Source of the DNA: Octopus bimaculoides
Taxonomy: Eukaryota
DNA length: 64,000 nt
NCBI RefSeq assembly: GCF_001194135.2
Contig: NC_068985.1
Location: forward strand, 88,056,480 to 88,120,479
Reading direction: 5' to 3'
In this document: positions 54,227 through 64,000 of the stretch, in pieces
Numbering within the stretch: position 1 is the first letter of the stretch
How the letters are laid out: each line of letters starts with the position of its first letter
Made by a program: the position numbers and the translations under genes
The notes under the pieces: generated by a model
The model's database searches: none
Told to the model about the DNA's origin: nothing
What the model saw: only the letters and a program-made list of their open reading frames with translations

Positions 54227-56934
54227 CTGCCGGCGTCACTAAAACGGATCAATATTATCATTTGAAATTGCTTTGGTTCTTTGATCGATAGCTAATAAGT
54301 TGTAATAGATAGATGTATAATTGTATGCGTATGTATATAAATATACGCATATATAAATATCTATCTCGATGTTAACTGCTACGTGATTAAAGTTGCTGTT
54401 AAATACCTTCCAACATTAACATGCAACCATCAGTAAAAGCAAGTATTTCAACTTGGACAATATACTCCAATTTAGGACGCTTGAAAATTACAGATTAGTC
54501 AGGGCTAGGATACGTCTGATTATAGTTGTGTTCGAGTAGGACTTCCTTTGGGGTAAATAACATCAACTTAACATAACAGTTTGTACTGTACCATAAGAGG
54601 CAGATGCACAACCGCTTTTTAAACTAACATACACTCATTTAATCCACCATTTTGTGAATATATACCGAACAGAATCTAACAAATCAATGTAACTTCAATT
54701 TATGCTTAGTTGTATTTTATGACAATTTTTCAGTATTATAAACGACATTTCCACCCAATGGTTCTGTGCATTTATTCAATAAAGTCATATCGCATTTTAT
54801 GTGCTACTTACGGCAAGCAAATTCTGTCATGTTCAGATTGCATTAAATCAATTTGACCGTTAACAGAAAGATTTCTTGCAATCTTTGCCCCACTTCTTTG
54901 AGTCTTTTAGACATTGTGTTATCACAAACACATCTTCCACTACAATATATGCATCCTTTGAATAACAACTTTATCATTATTTTCAGAAACCCATTGATGC
55001 ATAATCTTCAGGCCTTGGTTGTTAATTCTGTTTCTGCTAAATATTCCAATAATCAAAAACGTTTCAGATTCTGGTTTTCTCTCACAGCATATACGCTTTA
55101 CCTCTAAAGAATTGTAATTATAATTTTTATAATTAACTATTAATAACAATCCAAATCATGCTCATGATGCAGCGATTCTTTAGTCAAGTAATTAGCTAGA
55201 AATAGCAGCAATTTTGTTTCTAAATCACTTTTCAATTGCCTCGGTGCAAGAAACACGATAGGGACACAGTGAAGACACATTTTGATTATGAAGTATGATT
55301 GTAGGAAGGCTTAATGAGACAAGGTAAATTTGACTAAAAGAGACTGAAGCAATATAAGTAGTGTCTGTGTAATATGAACTTGTATATAAATGAAGGACAA
55401 TTGCTGATGCTACGAAGGAAATTATTTAGTTTGTTGATATTTTTAAGAGATTTTACTCTCGCAATGTATATGTAGCACAATAGAATATGGCGTGGATCTA
55501 TTCATTCTTACGAAAAGTATGTCTATTTGAAAACGTGGCGTCTTCTTACTTTTGATATTCGTGTTTATTCTTATAATGATATATCTATGATATATAATGG
55601 CGAATGCATATTTCATTATAATAACAAACTATTGCTGAAATATGACAAACTTGTTTTGTGTTTCTCGCTGCTTTACGCAATTTCGACACATTCAACCCTT
55701 AAGAAAATCTATTTCCTCTAAAGAAGTATTTCAATATTCTGCTTCGTATTCTATTGATTGTAGTGATGGAACAATGTAACAATGGTATCACTGGTAAGAA
55801 ACATTCGGATAAATATAATGAGGGCACTTCACTACTTAAGATAACAAGTATGTACTTAAGATTGTTGAACGAAACTCCTATGGAGTGAAGTAAACCATTG
55901 TCTAAATTAATGCTGGATAGATATCAGTTGTATCTTCTATCAACATATTCCCGGGTGTGGATTCTGGCTTGTTGTTACCGAAAAGGAAAGCATATGCTCT
56001 ATGACTTCGGGTAGAAAACCAAATCAATGTGGAGATATCTTGTTTAGCTTTATGTTATAAATACAACTATTGTATAACCAGCACAGGAACTACTAAATAT
56101 CTTTTTGGTTCGAAACCATGGTATCTAAAAAAAGGGGGAGTTTGAATTGTAATTTCTATTAGGTTCGCTCCCCAGGAAGATGACTGCATATAGGCTGACG
56201 TGAAAACATTTTGGCTGAAAATAAGGTTTAAATAGAGAATGTATCATTTATTCTGACATCTGAGCAGACATTTCTTGTACACACACATACAAGTACGTAA
56301 ACATGCACGTAGTGAAATATTTGTGCATATTGGTATAAACAACACGCATGCACACACACATACACAACGACAGACGCACACATGTTCGTCGATGCTACCC
56401 CGGCCGGTGAACTAGCATACTCGTTTAAGAAAACCTTAAAGTCCATCTAAGTGTTGAAGTAGTTGAAACGCCAGGGACACCCATAAAATCCCTGATCTGT
56501 AGAACACATCCATCCGAAAAGGCCTGCATTGTAGATCATTTCCATTCAAAATGCCTCCATTTACGGATAACAACTGTATAGTATGTAGGGTGAACCCATA
56601 GGTTAACTGTAAGATTAGGAATTTTGCCTATAACATGCGGTGTAGTGAGGGACGGTGCAGAATCATGACATCACCATAGATTGCGGAGACAGCACGTTGC
56701 ATAAGGAAATCTGTTTAGTTTGCTTCAAAGAGGAAGGAGAAAATGACCACCATGAATTATAACAATATATATAGATATATGTAGCAAAATCATCATGGGT
56801 GATGAGAAACAAGGGCTCTCCTCATAAATAGAATAATATTCATATGTGTGTGGGTGAGAGAGAGAGAGTGTGTGTGTGTGTTTGTGTGTGTTTGCAGTTT
56901 ATACAGTATATGCAGGTATTATAATCCCTCTTAC

Positions 56935-57110
56935 TAAAGGTGCAAGGCCTGGAAATTTGTCGAGAGGGAACTAGTGGATCCCTGTTTTTCACTGGTACCT
57001 AATTTATAGACCCCAGAAAGGCAAAGTGGAGTTACAACACAGTACATAAAGACGGACGATATGCTGCTAAACTTTTTTTCCGTCATGCTAGCGATTTACC
57101 CAGGTTGCCG
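56935..57110 (-). mobile_element. SINE family 1, degenerate
   Basis: ggtgcaaggcctggaaattt..actggtacctaatttatagaccccagaaaggcaaagt. Confidence 0.65.
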
Positions 57111-57129
57111 CCTTACACGCAGGTATAAT

Positions 57130-57279
57130 AATAACGATGATAGTTATCATCATCATCATCTTCATCATCACAAGCACTACCACCACTATCATACCACCAC
57201 CACCACCACCACCACCACCACCACCACCACCACCATCACGACCATGAGGATGATGATGATGATAATGATGATGATGATG

Positions 57280-57311
<32 letters not shown>

Positions 57312-57312
57312 A
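57130..57312. repeat. (CAT)n-(CAC)n-(GAT)n-(CAT)n compound microsatellite
   Basis: Direct inspection. Confidence 0.95.
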
Positions 57313-57703
57313 CTAGTTGTCGTCATTATTTACGAGAAAAAAATTTTAAATTCTATTTAATTTGGAAGTCAATTTCTATATAACTATATCTTTATAGATA
57401 AAAATTAAATTTTAGCTTACGGACTTCATTTATCCTTTTACTGAAATATTTTACGTCATTTGGTTTAGGTTTTGGTGATTTAGATTGTTAAATGAAAAAT
57501 GTAAAATATAGATTTTGCACATTATTTAGATTATTTACATTTGACAGATATTTGTCCTCATCTTGTCTGTTGTTAACACGTTTCGGCTGATATACACTCC
57601 AGCTTTATTCAGGTGTCTTGGGGAAATTTAGAACCTGGGTACGCATTCCTAAGGTATTTTTCGATGTTATAATTATTATTATCATTATTATTATTATTAT
57701 TTA

Positions 57704-57773
57704 GGTCATTACCGGGAATCGAACTCTGAATCATGGGCTTAGTAGCCCGCGCTCTTAACCACTACACCATATG
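57704..57773 (-). ncRNA. tRNA-like Pol III cassette (SINE-head type, resembles tRNA-Ser GCT), probably not a functional tRNA
   Basis: Minus strand CATATGGTGTAGTGGTTAAGAGCGCGGGCTACTAAGCCCATGATTCAGAGTTCGATTCCCGG: A-box TGGTGTAGTGG, B-box GAGTTCGATTCC. No proper acceptor stem. Confidence 0.65.
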
Positions 57774-57808
57774 AAGGCTGGAGTGTATATCAGCCGAAAC
57801 GTTGTGTT
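57771..57808 (+). ncRNA. Minimal type-I hammerhead ribozyme motif (5'-truncated in this copy)
   Basis: ATGA-A-GGCTG-GAGTGTATAT-CAGCC-GAA-ACGT-T-GTGT: 5-bp helix II, GAAA core, palindromic ACGT helix III. The intact CTGATGA core is seen in the paralogue at 59207-59213. Confidence 0.55.
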
Positions 57809-57959
57809 AACAACAAACAAGATGAGGACAAATATCCAACAAATGTAAATCATGTAAATAATGTACATAATTCCTCATCACTTAAATATAGAACTGTATA
57901 GATTCTGCAATTTTCTTAAATTGCCTCAACGTAGAAGAAAAGGCTGCAAAAAGGCTGCC

Positions 57960-58250
57960 TTAACAATTGAATTATTGATGAGATAAGGAAGCCTTGAAAA
58001 TGAAGAATATCCATTGAAAACCTAAGACTCTTCTGCAGCGCATCTGCGAAAAATACTCGGGAGTTAATGTAACTATACTCTGCAGACTTATGAAAATAAT
58101 GACATTAGTACGATTATCAGAAATCAAAAGTGCTTCACAAATGGAAACCTTATGATCTTCACGAAACAAATTGCTTTTATGAAATCTGTGTTACGGGATG
58201 AAAAGTAGAATACGTTCAGTAACTAGTGGATTTCCTTGAATTTGAATACT
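57960..58250 (+). mobile_element. Mariner transposase relic
   Basis: HKWKPYDLHETNCFYEIC followed by VT(G)DEK (frameshift) resembles KWVPHEL...VTCDEKW. Confidence 0.45.
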
Positions 58251-58819
58251 TGTAAAACACAATACGCACTTAAGAGAACGCAATCTATGCTAAAGGAAGG
58301 TTGCATTTTTTAAGCCAGCTAATTGCTATCAATCCGTTTATACAATGATGAAGAATCACAAAATAGACGCATTGTTCAAAAGATCGACCAAGTACGAAAG
58401 TGAAAGTGTACACATCTAACAATTATAAACCGAAAAAGACTAAATGTTTCAATAACAACGACATAAATGCCTCACAAGTGACATGACAATTTGAAGAAAT
58501 AGGGTTTACAAATCTCTAATTCATACTGCTTACTTCCAGACATCTCTTAAAAATTATTACCAACCATTTTGGTTATGGCGTTAAATGTCTGCAAAAGGAG
58601 TGTCTTCGGCAAATCGGCAGCTTTACAAATACCTTTGACACAAGGTTTTTTTTAAATTGTATTCAAATGGAATTAATCTTGTCAAGAAAAGTTAGTGTAT
58701 TCTAATGGTTATTATTCCGATTAATAAATACAGTTCTAAAACATGCTGTTTGAAATTTTATAGTTACAAAATCGCAACTACCTTGCAGCACACGCATACG
58801 CAGGCCTCTAAACGTTGAT

Positions 58820-58837
58820 GTAAGTGTGTGTGTGTGT

Positions 58838-58892
<55 letters not shown>
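58820..58892. repeat. (GT)n microsatellite
   Basis: Direct inspection. Confidence 0.95.
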
Positions 58893-58894
<2 letters not shown>

Positions 58895-59125
58895 CAAAAT
58901 GGTAGGTATACTCCCAGCATAGAACAATGTAAATAAAGTTTGTAGTTAGTGTATTTCTTACATATAAAGCCTCTCATTACACAAAAATAAGTGAGAAATA
59001 AATAAACGTATGAGTTATGATGCACTAAATGCAAACCGGAACCGACAATAAAAGAAATAATACGTTTTATAAAGGTTTAATCATACTGTGAGAAGAGTGG
59101 CACAACAGAAGCGTGATGGGGCCAT

Positions 59126-59285
59126 CCTGCGCTCTTAACCCCCATGCTATATACTCGACAAATATCTAAGGAATGAGAACCCAGGTTCGAAATTTTCCCA
59201 AAATCCCTGATGAATCTCGGAAACCTTGTGTTAACAACAAACAAAATGAGGAGAAATATCCGTCAAATGTAAATAATGTAAATAA
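59126..59285 (+). mobile_element. Partial third copy of the hammerhead/tRNA element (tRNA remnant plus right arm)
   Basis: gcgctcttaacc remnant, then ctaaggaatgagaacccaggttcgaaattttcccaaaatccCTGATGA..GAAACc.ttgtgttaacaacaaacaaaatgagga.aaatatccgtcaaatgtaaataatgt. Confidence 0.75.
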
Positions 59286-60049
59286 CGAATAGATCTTTTG
59301 TCCAAAAGTAAATGTATGTCAGCTTTTGTTATTCATCCTGAAATCTTCTAAGCGTCTCTTTTCAGTTTCATTTTACAGTAGTCCATATCTAGGAAATTAT
59401 CTACTTTATCAACACCAGTGGAATTTGGAGACGTTCTATTCTTGACGTTTATAACAAAATTCTGAAGCCCTTCATAACAGGCTGTTCCTTGACAAACCCT
59501 TTCTCTCAGTTTCAAGAAAACTTTGCTTCATTAACTGAACAAACCGGTACTCGAAACTAAATGTCCCATTTCATCTTCACAATATGTGTGTGTGTATGTA
59601 TATATGTGTTTGTCTGTGTGTCTCTTTTTATACTCAGTGTTCAAATATGTGCACAAACAAATCCAAACATACATATACTTATCTCCGGTACAAAAAAATA
59701 CGCAGAGATATTTTCTGCCACCTAAAATTGACCTCGAATAATTTTTAGTCTGGGAAAATTTTAGAATAAAAAAAAATGACATCACGGTTAATTAATTTTT
59801 CTATTTCGTTCACATTCAAATTCATTATTTTTTTACTCGCATGGGCAATCTTATAAAGAAACAAATCATTAATATAGACTATATAACAGCAAGCTTTATT
59901 TGAGAAGTTTCTGACAACAGGGATATTTCACGTTCTACAAAGATGTTATAGAAAAAAATATACGACCGAATTTCCTTTCACACTTCATATTGTGCTCCGC
60001 AAGTACAGGATTTTCGGACAAAATTTCATAATGCCTCCTACTTTTTCAG

Positions 60050-60720
60050 AAACACCTAGGTGTATAAGTGAATATTGACGGCATTGGGGAATATGAAGAT
60101 TATATTAGCTGAGAAAAATTGGAGGACTTCAAGATATACCTGTACCTTGAGGATTCGCGCTATGGCTGCTGTTCAATGCTCGGTAAACGTTATAAACCAT
60201 GGTAGGTGTGACATAGACAGCTGCAACAGAGACTACGAAACTTTAGTCAGCAAGAAAGATATCAGTAGACATTCTTATTGAGTTCGAACTCGTCCAATTA
60301 CTGACAGGAACTTGACCTCAATTTACATGGTGTCACGAAGCTGTTGTTGACTGGTCTAATCCTGTCTGCAGAGTATTGTTTCCTGAAGGCCATAAATGTG
60401 GCATCAGGATATAGGTCCTTGCCATATCCTTGGAAAGAGCCAAAAGCAGTTGCCAAAGAATTTTTACGATTTCACCAGCCCGACGATATCTTGTTTCCTA
60501 ATTCCATTGAATATAATCCGATAGATTAATCTGTGCAAGGCACAACCGATGAAGACACCACCTGAACTGCTTGAAAAACCTGGACCGTGCTAGCAGCTAA
60601 GATCAAGGAGGTGCCTGAAGATCCTCTCAGTGACATAGTGAGAGAAGCCTGTACCAATTTCAGGAGCAGTTCTAAGGCCGTGGTGTAAATTGGTGGGAAG
60701 TCTAATTTGAGTAACTCGTT
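60050..60720 (+). mobile_element. Tc1/mariner superfamily relic, DD37D (maT)-like
   Basis: RP*MWHQDIGPCHILGKSQKQLPKNFYDFTSP, FPNSIEYNPID*, AKIKEVPED..REACTNFRS..KAVV*IGG resemble QQDSAP.H..WPPNSPDLNPLDY..AC.RFR.RLEAVV..GG. Confidence 0.7.
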
Positions 60721-61119
60721 ATCACCCAGCTAAAATCTAATTAACATTCGTTTTATATTTTTTCTTTTATATAAACAGTCAAATACAGCACGACCACCAT
60801 GTATATGCAAACCATACTTTTAAAATTACTGAATAATTTACAGTAATTTTATGGCGATATTTAAGAATTGGTTCATATATTATTCCATTACCGTTGGAGT
60901 GATAACCTTTAATGCAAGTTGCATCCATTTTGCTTTATTCTGTACAGGTTGTTCACGTTCTTTGATTATTGTTGCAGTTCATTCCCTTTCATTTATGAGT
61001 ATTTACAACATTTGTGTCTCGCATTATGATATTAAAATAATCAAGAGTAGACAAGACTCATAGCTATTCTATTCATGCAAAAATGTGAATTTGAACTTTA
61101 TAATCGGCAGATATACGAA

Positions 61120-61306
61120 TATGATATATATATATATATATATAAACATACATACATACATTCATACGTATATACATACATACATACATACGTTACGGGG
61201 ACGTAAACACATCAACATCGGTTGTCAAACAATAGTGAGGGGGGAAGACACAGACAAACAATCATATATATATATAAGTTTATATACACAGACACACAGA
61301 CACACA

Positions 61307-61380
<74 letters not shown>
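61120..61380. repeat. (AT)/(ATAC)/(GT) microsatellites enclosing a SINE family 2 fragment (61190-61260)
   Basis: gttacggggacgtaaacacatcaacatcggttgtcaa matches family 2. Confidence 0.8.
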
Positions 61381-61383
<3 letters not shown>

Positions 61384-61499
61384 CTAAAAATGTAATATAT
61401 AGATGTAAATTTATATCTGAGGGTGATCAATACTTTTACATCGGTGGAGCAACATTAATTTTTAAAAGAAGACTAACAAATTATTTGAGTTAATTTAGA

Positions 61500-61745
61500 G
61501 ATAAACAAAGGATTTCAAAAAGTTCTAGAAAATTAATCTGGTCTATTAATGACCGAAGCAAAGACTATACTATCAATTTGAAATTAATTCGTACTGCAAA
61601 ATCATACAGACATGGAACTAAAAATGTGTAGTATGTTTAGAAGAATTTTACCAGAAAATTACATTCAAGACGAATGTAATAAATTCTAGACAGAAACAAG
61701 TTTTGAGATACTTGCAGATGAGTAACTTCACATTGTATAAATGAA
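61500..61745 (+). mobile_element. PLE GIY-YIG endonuclease C-terminal relic
   Basis: Frameshifted LKLIRTAKSYRHGTK/(C)VVCLEE..NSRQ..TCR resembles W.I...A.PY..G.K.C.LCLEEK...LN.R.E...CRH. Confidence 0.5.
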
Positions 61746-63139
61746 TAGCAGACATTTAAACAACCAAATGGTTTGAAATTATGGACCTTAAGTGATTACC
61801 CAACCAAATCTTGAAGATTGTTTGTGTCTAACATAACGGTCAACTCTACACCATACAACGCAGAGGAGACAAGCGAAAAACTTTAAACACTTAAATCGAA
61901 GAATATTAAGTAAAGATCCTGAAAAACCTGCAGCGGTATTATAGTAGGGTTGAATTTTTTAGTGGTTAGTAATCAATGCAGTTGAAACATGTGTAGGTCT
62001 ATGTAAAGCAGTATTTAGTAAAACAAATTAAAGATGATGGTATGTAACTTCGTAATAATCCTTATAACGCAATTATATTCGACATGGCTGTGGGAAATAT
62101 TTTGTCCGCTTTCTATAGAAATTTCCCCATAGATAACACGTGTGAATTTAAGTCAGTGACGTTTAAAGGACGTCATCCGGCCGTTGGAAGGATGTTAATT
62201 GAAATTGTTAGACTTATGTGTTATGTGTAACAAAAGAATCATTCATAGCTTATTCATCTAAGCTAAATGTGTGCCTACAACATTTTCAGACTGGAATTAA
62301 TATAGAAACGTGAAGTGATTGTTTCGTTCTCCGAGGTTTCAAAATCACAACAACGCAGAAAAACACTCTTTTGTGGACTCCAGGTGTGCTTCAGCGCTTC
62401 TACAATGTATATACATAAATAAGCTTACATCAATTCGGGTATAATGCGTTGTATATCTGAATATATATATATATATATATATATATACACTTACGTATAT
62501 GTGTATATGTATGCAAATATAAGTTTGTGCGTACAGTCAAATTTATGTGTGTGGATGTGAATGTAAATTTGAATAAAGTATTTCGAATTCTTCAAATAAA
62601 ATATCATTGATATCGTATTTAGCAAGTATTTTACTGTATATTTAGACAATACATTCGTTTCAATGTGTTTCGTTTTTCTAGGCTGTCAGCAATACATAGT
62701 TGTGGTTGTTTCTCGTAATAGACTGACATCATTGTGTGTTTATTATAACGTTATTTCCTCTCAGCTTATCACTTCACTTCAAACTGACTTAACAAGAATT
62801 GATAAGAAACAGTTAAGAATTTTTGAAACGTTTTACCTTTACAAATTAAGAACGTTTTATTCATATGTAGACTTCAAAATTTTCTGCTTCTGAAAATAAT
62901 TTCATAAATAATGTATGTAATCGAGGAAAAGATACAATAATTATTAGAGTTATATTCCGATATAAAGATGTTTGAATATTAGTACAATATATATTTATTA
63001 TAAATTTTACAAACATATTTTAAAATCTAAATCACGAAAATATTTCAATAATTTCAATAATATCATTATTGCTTTTAGAAATAACTTTCAAAGTTTTCTA
63101 TGCTCATAACAGTATTTCTATTTTACTACTGCGTGCCCG

Positions 63140-63400
63140 AGATTTTACATCCACTTCTTAGATAATTACATTTGTAAAGCAGTTTCCATTAAGGAGACAA
63201 GCAACTTTTGTTTTGAAATTACATTCGGTTTTCTTGATGGTACTCATTATACAGCAGATACATTTTTTACAGATGTAACTGACATTGACATTAGATTCGT
63301 TAGAAAGTTCTCTGGCACTTATAGATTGCTTGAAGCGATTTTTGCCAGGACAAATGAAATTTATCAATATTTAATTATACTGAAGTGTGAGCTAAGCAAT
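63140..63400 (-). mobile_element. PLE relic (linker and start of GIY-YIG)
   Basis: ORF 63158-63367 reads VNVSYIC...KTECNFKTKVACLLNGNCFTNVII, resembling K.SYSC...CNCR.K..CPL.G.CL...VIY. Confidence 0.6.
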
Positions 63401-63965
63401 GCCATGTTGTGATTTTTACGTTTGCTTCTTCGTTAAATTACTTTTAATTCATTATTATATCTAAAGGCTCTTCATGCAGATTCGGTTTACTAAGCGATAT
63501 CTTATATATAGTTATGATTATGTTGCTGAAGTAAATAATAATAAAAATGTTGACAAGATAAGAATATATAAACGTGATGATCTCAAAGCGTATTGCAGGC
63601 TATTCATATTCATCGACGTTTATGTCTATCTAGGAAGCTAACGATGTAAATTAGGTGGTGAATATAAATTAGTGGCAAATGTGTGAATATCCTACTGATC
63701 TATTTATTGTACATTTCCATTATGTGCTAGGACATAAGGTTCAAGTGTACTCAGATATTTGAATATAATTACAAATTTGAAGAGCAATGAACGATTTGGA
63801 GTTAGGATTGATAGTCACAAAAGGACTAATGTATGTTAGACTTGTAAATTATGTGTCATTCAAATATTCAAAACGAAGGTATTAGAGACTGTTATAAGGA
63901 CCAATTCCTCTCCGACTACAGACACTAATTCTTCGTTTATACCTCGTTCAGAGATCTATTACTGC

Positions 63966-64000
<35 letters not shown>

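Larger units (their letters stand above)
57520..57896. mobile_element. Non-autonomous PLE-type element: inverted hammerhead-bearing arms around a tRNA-like cassette
   Basis: 13-bp TSD TATAGATTTTGCA (57507-57519) / TATAGATTCTGCA (57897-57909). Arms ~57520-57612 and 57771-57867 are inverted homologues. tRNA-like sequence on the minus strand at 57704-57773. Confidence 0.85.

Noticed and set aside
57061-57360. His/Thr/Met/Ile-rich ORF
   Set aside because: Compound trinucleotide repeat starting within a SINE relic.
57704-57773. Genuine tRNA-Ser(ACT) gene
   Set aside because: It has no acceptor stem and an imperfect anticodon arm, and it is embedded in a TSD-flanked mobile unit, so it is treated as a tRNA-derived head.

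Overview
AT-rich, repeat-saturated eukaryotic (animal) genomic DNA from a gapped draft assembly with 8 N-runs. The SINE families and the microsatellite load look like an octopod (Octopus-like) genome; this is recognition and inference, not a database result. No intact host protein-coding gene is visible. Every long ORF in the track is a microsatellite or N-gap artefact, or a transposon relic. The window holds about 12 decayed R4/Dong-type (RT + restriction-like endonuclease) LINE fragments co-oriented with (TAA)n tracts, two tRNA-derived SINE families with many copies, and a degenerate Penelope-like element (PLE) with ~500-bp inverted terminal arms plus two more PLE endonuclease relics. It also holds several Tc1/mariner relics, Ty3/gypsy and RTE scraps, and many simple repeats. 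The most interesting object is a small non-autonomous element with three copies (355-547, 57520-57896, ~59126-59285). It has inverted arms carrying a minimal hammerhead-ribozyme motif around a tRNA-like Pol III cassette, and two copies are bounded by 13-14 bp target-site duplications. It is a candidate tRNA-headed, ribozyme-bearing passenger of Penelope elements. Relic boundaries are approximate (tens of bp) unless exact motifs are quoted.
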